Below are positions 25,325 to 38,570 of a stretch of 64,000 nucleotides of DNA, one piece after another. Under the pieces are notes generated by a model. The model ran no database searches and was not told where the DNA came from. It saw nothing but the letters and a program-made list of their open reading frames with translations. How positions within the stretch are numbered: the stretch's first letter is position 1; each line of letters begins with the position of its first letter. This DNA is from Lama glama (Eukaryota): assembly GCA_028534125.1 (NCBI GenBank), contig CM052817.1:90336001-90400000 (forward strand), in the 5' to 3' direction. Both the position numbers and the translations under genes were made by a program.

Positions 25325-26871
25325 GGTGTCTAAGAATGTTAGGTCTCAGGAAACTTTCACACTTCTTAAAAATATTGAGAACCCCAAAGATTTGTTTTCA
25401 TGTGGATTATAGCTATCAATATTTATCATATAAGAAATTAACATAGACATTTTTAAAATGTGTTAATTCAATCAAATGTAACAATAATTAGCCTATTTAA
25501 CATAAATAAGATTTTATGAAAAACAGGTATATTTTTAAAAACAAAAATATTAGTGATAAAAGCGGCTTTTTGCAAATCTGTTTACAAATGAGTCATTCAT
25601 AGACAACCGGATTATCACGTCTGCTTCTGTATTCAATCTGTTATACTTTGGGTTTTGGTTGAAGTACATAAAGAAAATCTGTCCTCACACAAATACACAG
25701 GTGGAACAGAGGAGTATTTTAATAGCATTTTCAGATAATCATATACATATTTTTGTTGATATTATACCAAAATTAAGCAAGTGGTATTACTGTAAAGGTT
25801 ATTTGCAAGGTGTAACCTAAAACTATATCAAATAATTTTTTCCTTCTGTTTTAATAAAATACCTTGATCTATTTTTACACCTTTTGTCAAAGAAAAAACC
25901 CTCATATTTTAGTACTTTTTTCAAATTAAAAAATTCCTTGAGGTAAACTGACATAACATTTATTAGTTTCAGGTATACAATGTGGTGATTTAGTATTTTA
26001 CACTTTGAATGAGTGCGTTAAAATGAACCATTTTGTAAACATCATGCATTCGTTACTTGGAAAATATTGGTTCAGTGAGTTAGGCAGATCTTCCAAAGGG
26101 TGACATATTTCATTAGAGAATATCGAAAAATCACATTCAGTAATACTACCACCAGTCTCATCAGAAAGACATTTCAGTATTGGGAAGCTGTGAATTTCAT
26201 AGTGCTGGTGAATACAAGGTTTTTAAAAGTCCAACTTGAGCTGTCAAGTTCAAATGTTATTTTTAGCAACAGATACCATCATTAGTTTTCCCTGAAGTTT
26301 ACTGTATTTATTCTTTAAGAAAACGACTTCAAAATATCCAAATCTGGATTACCTTAGTTGATATTGACAATTGATTTTTGGCTAAAAAATGACGTTTCAT
26401 GAAAAAGTGGTCATTTCAGTTCATAACTCAGTTGCTCTTTCATAGAACAACCAGCATGCTATACTATTTAACAGAAATGTTTTATATGTACTTTCTGTTT
26501 AGCCATACAGGTTAATGAAAAGATGTGTGCTCAGAGAAATTCTCAAAAATTAATAATTTGTACTGTTTTCATCAAGGAGAATCTTAAGTAAACTGACTTT
26601 CTTCTTTTTCTTCCTTTCCTTTTATAAGCAAATGCATGGTGATGATGATTATAATGATTATTAGTACACTTGGATGCTGCTGCCTTGATTCATGCTGAGG
26701 CACCAGTGTTTCTACCTGTCTCTGCTTTTTGCATCATCAGTGCAACAGCAACACTATGAAAAAAGGCAAATAATATCTCAGTATTATTATGAAAATAAAT
26801 TTGACCTTACAACCCCCTGAAAATTCTCAGGGAACCCTGGGATTCTACAGAACACACTTTGAGAGCCTGTG
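25325..26871 (-). mobile_element. hAT DNA transposon relic, Charlie1 family (non-autonomous)
   Basis: Left end ggtctcagga..acacttcttaaaaatattgagaaccccaaaga and right end aaaaaggcaaataa..tattattatgaaaata..tttgacc..cacactttgaga match the two Charlie1 termini. Contains a short L1 tail at ~25915-25995. Confidence 0.85.
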
Positions 26872-27065
26872 GCATATTGGTTGAAAGTGTTGGGTAAGGA
26901 GCTTTCCTGCCTGGGTATAAATTACAACTCTGACTCTATCTCTATGAGCAAATTACTTAAACTTGCTTTGCCTCATTTTACTCCTCTGTAAAACTGAGAT
27001 AAACCTTATCAAAAAAGTAATATGAAATTTAGAACAGTAGCTGATATGTAATAAATACTCAGTTT
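26872..27065 (+). mobile_element. MIR SINE
   Basis: gcaaattacttaa..gcctcattttactcctctgtaaaactgagataa. Confidence 0.8.
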
Positions 27066-27361
27066 TTCTTTGCCCTTAGTACTAGTATTAATAAAGCACA
27101 CTATGAGTTTATTAACTTGGTAGGGTTACTATATGTACTACTCCACTAATTACTTATGCTGCCCTATTATCTTTGAAATATTTAATAATTTAAATTTTCC
27201 ACTTCTTTGAACTAGTTTTCTCCATGAGGTAAAAAAAAGTGACAGTTTGAGTGATTTTCTAAAAAAACAGTACTTCCCTGCTCCAATTCTGTTTTGTTTT
27301 CTGGAAAATAAATCAATTTTTTTCCTTCATATATAGCACTTATAAACATCTTTACTACATT

Positions 27362-30300
27362 GTTTTTCTTTATTTCTTAATTGAAACATATTTGACCTAG
27401 AACATTGTGTAAATTTAAGGTTTATGGCATGTTAATTTGATACATTTATTAGGATTACCATTAGGATTACCATCGTGGCAATAATGAGCACCTCTATCAC
27501 AATGCACAATTATCATTTCTTTTTAGTGGTTGGAATAATTAAAATTTAATCTCTTAGCAAGTTTGATTACAATACAATATTGTTGCCTATATTCTCTATA
27601 CTGTGCAGCAGTAGATCTCTAGGACTTACTACTTGTTGCAAGTTTGTATTCTTAAATAACGTTTGTCCTTTCCTTCCACCCTCACCTACGATTCCTTGGT
27701 AACCACCATTTCACTCTCTCGTTACAAATTTGACTTTTTAAAGATTCCGCAGATATGTGATACCATACATTATTTGTCTATCAGTATCTGTCTTATCTCC
27801 CTTAGCATAATGTCCTCAAGTTCTATCCATGTTATTGCATATGGTAGGATGCCCTTCTTTATCACGGCTGAGTAATATTCCATTGTTCGTGGGTGTGTGT
27901 ATAAATACATCTTTTTTTCTCCATTCATCCATTGATGGTCACTTAGGTTGTTTCCTACTTGGGCTAATTTGAATAATGCTGCAATAATTGAGAGTACATA
28001 TATTTCTTTTATATCCTATTTTCATTTCCTTTGGGTATGTACCCCAGAGTGGAATTGCTGGACCATATGGTAGATTGATTTTTAATTTTTTGAGAAACAT
28101 TCACATTGTTTTCTATAGTGGCTGCATGAATTTATATTCACACTAACAATGTGTGAGGTTTCTCTTTTCTCCACATCCTTGCCAACACTTATTTCTTGTT
28201 TTTTTTTTTTTTTTTCTTTTTGATGATAGCCACTCTCTTATGTGTGAGGTGATATTTCAATGTGTTTTTGACTTGTGTATCCCTGATAATTAGTTCTGTT
28301 GAGCATCTTTTCATGTACCTCTTGGCCATTTGGATGTCTTCTTTGAGAAATGTCTCTTTGGTTCCTCTGATCATTTTTAAATTTGGTTTTTGTTTTGTTT
28401 TTGAGTTGTATTAGTTCTTGATATATTTTGGATATTAACTCTATCCAGTATGGTTTGAAAATACATTTTTTACCCATTCCTTTAGTTGCTGTTTCATTTT
28501 TTTGTTTCTTTTCTGTTCAGAGCTTTTAAGTTGATGTAGTCCCTTTTTTTGATATTTGCTCTTGCTTATGCTTTTGGTGACACAGACAAAAAGTTGTTGA
28601 CAAACTAATATTGAGTACTTCTTCCCTATGTTTTCTTCTAGAAGTATTATGGTGTCAGGTGTTATGTTTAAGTCTTTGATCCATTTTGAGTTATTTTGTG
28701 CAAGTGGTGTAAGATAGGGATATCATTTCATTATTCTGCATGCATTTATACAGTTTTCCCAGCACCATTTGTTGAAGAGATTTGTCCTTTTCCCATTGGA
28801 TGTTCTTGACTCTCTTGTCAAATACTAATTTTTTTGTATATTTGGGGTTTAATTCTTGGTTCTCTATTCTGTTCCACTGGTTTATTCATCTATTTTTATG
28901 CCAGTGCCATGCCATTTAAATTATTGTAGCTTTGTACTATAGTTTGAAATCAGAACATATGGTGACTTGGGTTTTGTTCTTTCTAAGAGTTCTTTTGGCT
29001 ATTTGGGGTCTTTTGTGGTTCTATACAAGATTTAGGGGTTTTTTTGTTTGTTTTCTGAGAAGAAGACCATTGTAATTTTGGTAGAAATTTTGTGAATCTA
29101 CAGTAGTATGGTAGTATGGACATTTTAATGATATTACTTCTTTCAATCCATGGACATCGGGGGCGGGGTCTTTTTTTTGTGACATCTTTGATTTCTTGCA
29201 ATGCAGTCTTGCAGTTTTTATTATGAAGATCTTTCACTTCCTTGCTTAAATTGATTCCTAGGTATTTTATTGCTTTTGATGCTGTTGTGAATAGAATAGT
29301 TTCAATTTTTTTTCAAGTGTTTCATTATTAGCATGTAGAAATGCTATTGATTTCTGTATGTTGATTTTATATCCTCCAATATTAATGAATTCATTGATCA
29401 GTTCCAACAACTTTCTGGTCAAGTCTGGGATTTTTTTTATAAACAAAATCATACTGTCTGCCATCAGTGACAATTTTACTTCTTCCTTTTGAATTTGGAT
29501 GCATTTTATTTCTTTGTCTTGCCTTATTGCTCTAGCTAGGACTTCCAGTGCATTATTGAATAAGAGGGGTGAGAGTGGGCATCCTTGTCTTGTTCCTAAT
29601 CTTAGAGGAAAACTTTCAGTATTTCACCACTGAGTATAATGTTATCTGTGAGTTTGCTGTATATGGCCTTCATTACGTTGAGGTATGTTTCTACTGTATC
29701 CTATCTGTTGAGAATTTGTATCATGAAAATGTTTCATTTTGTCAAATACTTTTTCTTCATCTACTGAGATGATCATGTAATTGTTATCTTTCATTCCACT
29801 GTCACATATTACATTTATTGAATTGCATATGCTAAAACATACTTGCATCCCATGGATAAATCCCATCTGGTCATAGTGTATAATCCTTTTAATGTGTTCT
29901 TTAATTCAGGTGGCTAATATTTTGTTGGAAAAATTTACATATATATTTTTATCAGGGATATTGGTCTAGTTGTTTGTTGTTGTTTTGGTTTTGATAGTGT
30001 TCGTATCTGGTTTTACTATCAGAGTAATGCTGGATCATAGAATGAGTTTGGAAATGTTCTCTCTTCTTCAATATTTTGGAAGAGTTTGAGAAGCACTGGC
30101 ATGAATTCTTCTTTAAATGATTGATAGAATTCACTAGTGAAGCCATCTGATCTTGGCATTTACTGTGTTGACAGTCTTTTCCTTACTGATTGAATCTCTT
30201 TACTCATTATTGCTCTATTGAGATTTTCTATTTCTCCCTGAATTAGTGTTGGTAGCTTGTGTGTTTCTAGGAATCAACATTTTCCCTAGGTTATATAATT

Positions 30301-33300
30301 TGTTGGCATATGATTGTTAGCAGTACAGGTGTACTTTATTTTTTTGCCCTTTGCTTTAGTGCACTTCCCAGATACTGCATTTTTAATAAATTGAAGATTT
30401 GTGGCAACCCTAAGTCAAGCAAGTCCATCAATGCCATTTTTGCAATAGTATGTGTTTGCTTCATGTCTCTGTGTCACATTTTGGTAATTCTCACAATATT
30501 TCAAACTTTCCATTATTATATTTGTTATGGTGATCTGTCATCAGTGATCTTTTGATGTTACTATTGCAAAATGATTAAGACTTGTTGAATGCTCAGATGA
30601 TGGTTAGCAATAAAGTATTTTTAGCAATAAAGTATTTTGAATTAAGTTATGCACATTGTTTTTTTAGACATAATATTGCACAGTTACTAGACTACAAATA
30701 GACTACAGTATAGTGTAAACACAACTTTTACATGCACTGGAAAACCAAAACACTTGTGTGACTTGCTTTATTATAGTATTTGCTTTATTGGGGTAGTCTG
30801 AAACTGAATCCATAATGTCCCTGGGTTATGCCTATAGTCTCCTATGACCCTATGTATTTCTGTAGTATCAGTTGTAATCTTTTCTTTAATTTCTGTTTTT
30901 ATTTATTTGAGTCTTCTCTCTCTTTTTCTTTGTGAGCCCAGCTGAAGGTTTCTAAATTTTGTTGATCTTTTTGAAAAACCAGCTCTTAGTTTCATTGATC
31001 CTTTTTATTGTTTTTCTCATCTCTATTTCATTTATTTCCATTCTGATCTTTGTTTCCTTCCTTCTGCTACCTTTCTACTTAAATTGTTCCTCTTGTTCTA
31101 ATTCCTTGAGATATAGGTTGTTTACTTAATCTTTGTTTCTTGATGTCAGCATTTATTGCCATGAACTTCCCTGTTAGAACTGCTTTTGCAGTATCTCACA
31201 GGATTTGATAAGTTGTGTTTCCAATTTTATTTGTTTTGAAAGGTTTTTTATTAACTTCCCTTTTGATTCTTTGTTTAATCATTGTTTGTTTAAGTCTGTT
31301 AATATTTGCTCTATTTAGGTGCTCCTTAGTTAGATGCATACATATTTATAAATATTATATCTTCTTCTTGGATTTGACCTCTCATTATGTAATTACCTTC
31401 TTTGTCTCTTATTAAAGTCTGTTTTGTCTGATATTAGTATAGCTACCCCAACTTCTTTGGGTTTCCATTTGCATGGAATATCTTTTTCTATGCCCCCACT
31501 TTCAGTCTGTGTGTGTCCTTACATCTGAAGCAAGTCTCTTTTAGGCGTCGTATGAATAGGTCTTGTTTTTTGTCTGTTCAGCTATTTGTCTTTTGACTGG
31601 AGAATTTAGTCCATTAACATTTAAAGTCATTATTGAAAGATACGTCCTCATGGCCATTTTGTTCATTATTTTCTGACTGTTTTGTAGATCCTCTCTGTTC
31701 CTTCTCTTGCTCTCTCCCTTTGAGGTTTGATGACTTTTTCTACTGGTATGCTTAGATTTCTTCTTTATCTGCTGTGTACCAACTATAGGCTTTTGCTTTG
31801 TGGTGACCATAAGACTTTCTATCTCTTTGAAGTTCTTACTTCAAAGTGGTCATCTGTTCTTTACCAGAGTTAATGAACCTCTTTTGACCATTACTTTGAA
31901 CTCTTTATCAGGTAAGTTACTTATCTCTGCTTTATTCATTCTCCCGCCTGAGGTTTTATCTTACTCTTCCCTTTGTAAAATATTCCTCGATTTCTTTATT
32001 TCCCTTGACTCTCTCTGTTGGTTTCTACACATTACATAAAACAGTGGCCTCTCCCAGTCTTGAAGGAGTGGCCTCTTGTAGGAGATGGATCTTATTGTTC
32101 TGTCCTGCCCTGGCTCTTGTTTTTCTCAAATCTGTGTGACTGACAGTGCAGTTTGTTTTACTTTTAATGGTTCCCAGTAGTTGATGTTGTGCAAGACTTG
32201 TCATTGCCCTAAAGGTGAGGATCTTATTTAGCACCTAGATTCAAAATGATTGGAAACCAAACCCTCAGGAAGCAGCTGTTAAGGTTACAAATGCATACAG
32301 TCCTGTGGGAGTGCAAGTGTAAGTATCACTGACTACCAGAGCCGTGCAACCAAGGGGTGTTGCCTGGTCAGCAGTCACAAAAATCAGGGCTCCAAGTAAG
32401 TGTATAAGCTCCTTCCCAGGAGATACCTGTGAGCTGTAGCACGGCAGAAGGAGAGTAAGATGGCATCCACCATTCTGAATTACCTGAGAGTAGCTCCATG
32501 GTCCCCGAGGTGTGCACCATACCTGAAGCCTGCTCCTCAGGCTAAAACTCCAGAATAAGCAATGAGTCCTCTTTCACGGAAAGACTTTGGGTGTGTTTCA
32601 GTCTGCTGTGTGTGTGCTGCCATGGGGGTGGTAGCCCACTGAGAACTCTCTCTCTGTTAAGTCCCATGGGACCCAGGAACACAAGTTCCCGTGGCCACCC
32701 GAACCAGGGGATCATGTGGCATCCCTTGGGTGGCAGCTGCAGAAACTGAGGCATCAGACATTTGTAAAAGCTCCCCTCTGGGAGGCACTGTTCCCCCGGA
32801 GCATGGCAGTTGGGGAACACAGAGATAGCATCCACTCTCCGAGGTCTCCATAAAGATTGCAGTGTGTTGTATTAAAATCCTGCCCCTCAGGCTACAGCTG
32901 TGATGATAAGCTAAGAGAGGCTGAGTACCTGGGTCTACAGCCTTTTGCTGTGCCCTGTGAGAATTAGCCATTTGAGCGTTTTTTTTTTCTCCATTGGTTA
33001 CAGACCAGTGGGACCCATGAATGTAAGCCCCATTGGCCACCAGAGCCAAGTAATATGCAGATGTCCCCTAGCCACAGGCAATAACTCAGTTGCCAGACAA
33101 AGGTGTAAGCGATTTTCTGAATGATACCACTGAGCTAGACTGAGGCAGCATACAAAGACTGCATCTACCAGCCTTTGTTCTCTGTGAGCACCGCCACAGG
33201 GCTCTAGATGTGTGTCAAACCAGAAGCCTGCCACTCAGACCGGAGTTCCTGGACAAGCAAATACGCTTCTTTCACAGAGGGACTGAGGTGCATTTCCATC

Positions 33301-34385
33301 TGGTATCTGTGCAGCACTCTGGGCTGATAATCTGCCAAGAACTGTCTCCATGATTGTTTCAGTCCTGCAGGACCCAAGATCACAAGCTTCCCTGGCTTCC
33401 AGAGCCAGGTGATCAAAGGGTGTTCCCTGGGCTGCAGCCATTAAAACTGGAGCTCCTGATTTAAAAACCAGGGAACTAGATGTGTGTACAAGTCCTCATC
33501 TGAGAGATACTTGTGCTCTCAAGTTGCCCATTGGCTGAAGTAGGCAGAAGTAGAATGTAAAGGCTGTGACTGCTGGGGGAAGAGGAAAAAAAAAAAAGAT
33601 GGCGTCCGCTGAGGGGCTAGACAGAAGGAGCGTATACAGACAGCACCCACCAGGGAGGAAATTGAAGAGAAAAGAAGGTGGAACCCTCTGGCTAGAGCAA
33701 GGCAGAGGGAGAGCATGTAAATGGCACCCACTGTGGGGAGGGGGAGAGGACAGATGGTGCTGGCTGGAGTGCGACAGAGGACGGAGAGAGGGCAGGGAGA
33801 TGGTACCTGCCAGCCAGCAAGTCCTTAGATGTGTACTAAATTGGATTTCTGTCCCTGAGGCTGATGCTTCAGGATTAGCAAATGAGCCTCTTCCACCTAA
33901 AATCTGGGCATCTCTTGGTTGGCTGCCTTTGCACTGAGCCCTGAAGTGGGTGAGTTTGTGCATGGGCCCTTTAAGAGCCATTTCTCAGCTCACTGTAGCC
34001 TTGTGCTCTCATGGATTTGAGTCTCACTGGTTTCAAAGCTAAATGTTTTGGAAGCTCATCTCTCAGGTGCAGGTCTTAAAAGTTGGGTCACCCAATGTGT
34101 GGTTCAAACCCTTCAATCCACAGAGAGAACCTCCAGGTTTTGAGTTCCCTTTTGATTGTGGGTCCTAGCCCTGGGAGTGGGATTCATGGTGAGATTGTGT
34201 TCCAGCCTCTCCTACCCAATAAAAGGTGGATTTTTTTTTCTCATTTGCCTGATATGTAGGAGTTGCTCAGCCAGTGTTTTAAGTTTTTCCAGAGGAAGTT
34301 GTTCCATATGTAACTGCAGACTTAAGTGTGTCCATGGTGGGAAGTGAGTTCAGAATTCTGCTAAGTTGCTTTCTTGAACTGGAAC
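27362..34385 (-). mobile_element. Older L1 retaining both ends (long 5' UTR, ORF1 start, ORF2, 3' UTR) with internal deletions; inactive
   Basis: 5' terminus ggttccagttcaagaaagc (decayed YY1-site region) near 34384. ORF1 N-terminus EISNLPDKEFKVMV at ~31.9 kb. ORF2 endonuclease start YLSIMTLNVNGLNSPVKR (ORF 31541-31810). RT remnants ([21 protein letters not shown]). 3' tail at 27362. Confidence 0.9.
30326..30834 (+). mobile_element. Tigger1 internal-deletion derivative (Tigger1a_Art-like MITE) inserted in L1 ORF2
   Basis: Ends caggtgtac / ggttatgccta, TA duplications at 30324-30325 and 30835-30836. Tigger1 5' (aaattgaag.tttgtggcaaccct) and 3' (gactacagtatagtgtaaac) sequences are joined; the L1 reads continuously across it. 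Confidence 0.92.
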
Positions 34386-34689
34386 CCAGCACTTTGATTA
34401 TTAAAATACAGATGGTTATCACACAGGGACAGGCTAGGGACAGATAGCCCCAGTTGTCTGCTTGCCGTGCAGTAATAGTAAAATCATCGGAATGGCCTCT
34501 TTTCATCATAAATGAGTTATTCTTCACAATCATTTCTTGGTATACTAGGTCTAACCATAAAAATATGTATAGCAGATCTATATAGCCAATTCTTGTCTTC
34601 AATAGATTCTTGTTTCAAAATATCTCAAGCACCTAGTTGGACAGTCAGGTTCGATGTCCTTCTACAATACAAGACATGGTATTACCCTT

Positions 34690-34789
34690 NNNNNNNNNNN
34701 NNNNNNNNNNNNNNNNNNNNNNNNNNNNNNNNNNNNNNNNNNNNNNNNNNNNNNNNNNNNNNNNNNNNNNNNNNNNNNNNNNNNNNNNN
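34690..34789. other. Assembly gap (100 N)
   Basis: N run. Confidence 1.
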
Positions 34790-36099
34790 TATAACCAGTC
34801 TCTTCTAGTTGTCTTGAAATTTAAAACTATTGAGCAGCAATTTAGTCAAATTAAAATCTCCCACATTCAGAATAAACAGAAGAAATGAGACTATGAAAAA
34901 TCAGAGGCTCTGAATATTTAAGCAAGAAATAATCATTGTCATATGGAAGGAAGAATAAGTAACGTAATTAATTACTAACTTTATTAAAATCTTTTAAAAT
35001 GAGATAAATTTTCCCCTGTGATTAAAAAAACATCAGGAAGCTGGGATGGTGGGACAGGAGCTGGAAGAGAAAGACAGAAAGAAAAGAGGAAGGGCCAAAA
35101 CGGTTATGACTTCTCGTTCTCCCTTGACTGAAACTGATCTTGTCGCCTGGATCTCTGGTGAAAAGAGGTCCCTCATTTTAGAAGATAGAATTTGAGGGAG
35201 AGTAATCCATTAGGATCAAGGGCATCCTCTTTCATAATTCCCAGGAATTAGAAGGAATCGGAATCTTCTACATATTGATTGGAATTTAATTGTGAAACTT
35301 TAGGACGTGAAAGAGTTATATATATTATATAAATATGAGGAATAAGAGTTATAGAAAGAACAGTCATAGAAGAACCTTGGAAGTGTGGAACAATAGACGG
35401 GTGGGGAAATCTGGGTAGGTTGTCATGGTGGGGGGGTGGTCAACCACAAGCAAAATAGTAAAGTAAAAGTTACTGAAGGTCTTGGAGACAAACAGATTTC
35501 AACTATTCAGCTGAAAGTGAAACACCTCTCATAGCCATTTTGTCTAGCGCCCACCTACTCTGGACCACTGTACCGCTTTTGAATTATTAGCATAGATTTT
35601 CATTTCTATTTATAAATACCTGTACTTTAGTTCTGAAATACAACCAACATACAGCACCTAAAGCAAGCTCTGCCATACCTTTGGGGGCCAACTACATTAC
35701 AAAGGTTATGAAAAGGAGAGCTTCAGGTGGGTTCAGGGTTGTTGTTATTATCAAACTAGCAGAAGCCAGGCAAAGAATTTATGGAAAGAATTAACATGAT
35801 TGGAAGCAGGTCCCCAATTCCTTCCTAGAGCCTCACAGAGGTACACACATATTTTGGTCAGGACTGCCTTTGTGATGGGAAGAATCTGATAGACCAGAAG
35901 AGACCAGAGTCAGGGGCTTGCAGCCTTTTCCTCCAATCCACTAATCTTATTTCATTGAGGTTCCTCACCATTCAACCACTGTTTGTCATCATGAATAAGT
36001 ATAGATCAATACAGGCAAACTGGACTACCAGGTGCACTGGTCAAAATTCTACCAATTGCAAAGATTTCTCTTCCCACTGACTGTCTAAAGAAGGTTTGT

Positions 36100-36318
36100 T
36101 CTTTTTTTTAAATTTCATTTTGTATTGAAGTGTTGTCAATTTACAATGCTAGTTTCATGTATGCAGCAAAGGATTCAGCTATACATATACATACATTTTT
36201 TTCAGATTCTTTCCCATTAAAGCTCATTACAAGAAACTGAATATAGTTCCCTGTGCTATACAGTGCGTCCTTGTTATTTATCTATTTTATTTATAGTATT
36301 GTGTATCTATTAATGCTA
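36100..36318 (-). mobile_element. L1 3' tail related to the young lineage-specific family
   Basis: attgaagt..gtcaatttacaatg, tgaatatagttccctgtgctatacagt. Confidence 0.88.
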
Positions 36319-36343
36319 CAGACTTCCATTTGAGTTTAGAGAT

Positions 36344-36362
36344 ATAGCGCCATCTAGAGGAC
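36344..36362 (-). promoter_or_regulatory. Predicted CTCF binding site
   Basis: Reverse strand GTCCTCTAGATGGCGCTA closely matches the CTCF core CC(A/T)C(C/T)AG(A/G)(G/T)GGCGC; the CpG is retained in a CpG-poor region. Confidence 0.7.
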
Positions 36363-36699
36363 AGGTACAATTTTTTTTTTCTTAGTCACCCAGTCACAGG
36401 AACTCTCTGTGAGAAGATAAGGGTTGACAAAGATACAGCAATTAAACAGGGATGAGTGCACGCACTTGGGAGCTCAAGGAACCTGCTCAAGCAGCACAGT
36501 TTTGTCTTCAGGACCTTCTTCAGGACCGCCTCTTCTAGGCACTGCGGACTCTGCAGTGACATATGGAGTTTACCTTCTAGGAGATGCAGATTGAAAAAAA
36601 TGTTAAAAGGACATGTGTTATGTACAGTAGTGAATGCTAAGAGAGAAATTTCTTTAAATAAATAAAAGAAGGTAGAGGAAATGATGGTTGTGATTTCAT

Positions 36700-37435
36700 A
36701 TCGAGCCCCGTGTGGCTGGAGCACAGTGAAAAATAAGAGTGGAAAATTATGAGAATGCTGCTGATGGCAGCCTGATGATTTACAACCTACTAAACGTTTA
36801 TTTCTCTGGGTGGATTAGGACGCCATTAGAGAGCTTTGAGCAAAGATGTGACTGCATTTGGCTTACATTCAAGTAGGATCGTACAGGCTTCAGAGTGTGG
36901 ACTGAAGGCATGAAGTTAGGAGTGTTTTGCAATTATCCAGGATAATGATAATGGTCGCTTGGACCAGAGTGGTTAGTGGTGAAGGTGGTAGGAGGTATTA
37001 AAACCTTGGGCCCACAGGATTTTTTGATAAGTTAGATGTGGTTTATAAGAGAAACAGAAGAAATGGCTTTAAGAACTGGAAGGAACTAAGATCAGGAACA
37101 CTTGCAGAGCCAGACTGTGGGAATGGGAAATGATATCAGTTCTGGGCATGTTAATTTGGGGTACCATCAGGGAGTTGTATGTATGTCTTACATATACATA
37201 GGATAGAAATTGGGAATTAACATCCTGGAGATGTTTAAAGCTCTGGGACGATGTGAGATCACGTGGGTGAGTAATCCAGAGAGAGAAAAAGGAGTCTGCA
37301 CACTGAGCCCTGGGTGACCCAGTGTTGAGGTCAGAGATATGAGCAGGAACCAGCAGGGGAGTGAGATGCAGTAGCCAGTGAAGAAGCCAGAAATCCAGGA
37401 GTGTGTATGTCACGTGAGTGTCAGGGAAGAGTGAT
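36700..37435 (-). mobile_element. L2 LINE fragment
   Basis: gagctttgagcaaaga..tgac, tgcaattatccagg..atgataatggt.gcttggaccagagtggt, cagttctgggcatgtt, actgagccctggg. Confidence 0.85.
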
Positions 37436-37739
37436 TAGACTTACAGGGTCGACTTTTACATTTCGTTCTCCGCATTTTATAGTCCCTTCCATAGTACCAT
37501 TTATTATGACTCAGCGCTGAATTCTGGGTACTTTCCTTAGGGGCGGTACAGCAGAGTGGCTGATAGCGCAGTTCGCAGAGCCAGTCTGCCTGTCACTAGC
37601 AAACTCCCGCCAGCCAGAATGTACTGACAAACACACTTAAATGAAATTAATAACAACCAGCAATAAAAAACATGGCATGGCAGTTACTTGTTCAGCACTT
37701 GAGGCTTGGCTAGCTACTCGAGGCCTTAGTTATTATCTC

Positions 37740-38570
37740 ATTTCTAGGTCACTAATTTCCTGTTTACCTGTTTCTAATCAACTGTTTAACTCAAGTTTTT
37801 AATTTCAATGAAAATTTTTAATTTCTGAAACTTGTATTGAGTTCTTTTTAGATCATCCTGTTACTTAATTTTGCTTTTTATTCTTTCTTATAGCTTCATT
37901 TTTAGATTTTGTTTATAGTCATTTTAAACATACATTTCATAATGTCCACCAGGTTGTTTTAAAACCTAAATTTCTGAGGTTCTGTTCAACTGGCTTGTCA
38001 TGGCCGTGTGACCCTTACAGGGGATGTTTTTGTTTGCGTGTGTCGTGACTTTGGATGTGAGCGTGCCTTCTCGGCTTTATTTATAGGGACCCTGTATGGT
38101 CAAAGAGATTTTGTACTTGCTTTTCCCTAGTACCCCAAGCCTACCGCTGTCTTCTGGGCCAACACTTATTTCATAGTGTAGGTTTCTTATTGCAGAGTTT
38201 CCAGAACCACTTGGTTAATAGACACTGAACCAAAAGCCCAGTAGATAAAGATTCATTGTTTTGAATTTCAAGATGTTTTCCCACTCAGGATCCAGGAAGA
38301 CACACCATCTTCCACGTCATCCCTGTGTGCAGTTAGGGAGACCCTGAGGGTCTCAGCTTTACCTGGGAGCCTCAGTACTACCTCCTTGTTTAGGCTACGA
38401 AGAACAACAAATGAGACCCCCCTGCAGCCCTGGTGCCAGCTCACTCACTTCTAATCCACTGACGTTCTATTTTGTTTCTTTTGCTTAGGAATTTCCCTTT
38501 CTTCCTTGTGAAAATGCCTCTGAAATTTATCCCACATCTCTAGCAGGGTTTGTTTTTTAGGTCAGGTTCA
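37740..38570 (-). mobile_element. Ancient L1ME-like 5'/ORF1 remnant
   Basis: tctaatc..ctgtttaac..agtttttaatttcaatga..attttt; T-rich and degenerate. Confidence 0.55.

Noticed and set aside
32542..33981. Cluster of the longest GC-richer ORFs (up to 161 aa) on both strands
   Set aside because: They lie within the L1 5' UTR monomer array, where higher GC reduces stop frequency; no recognisable protein features.
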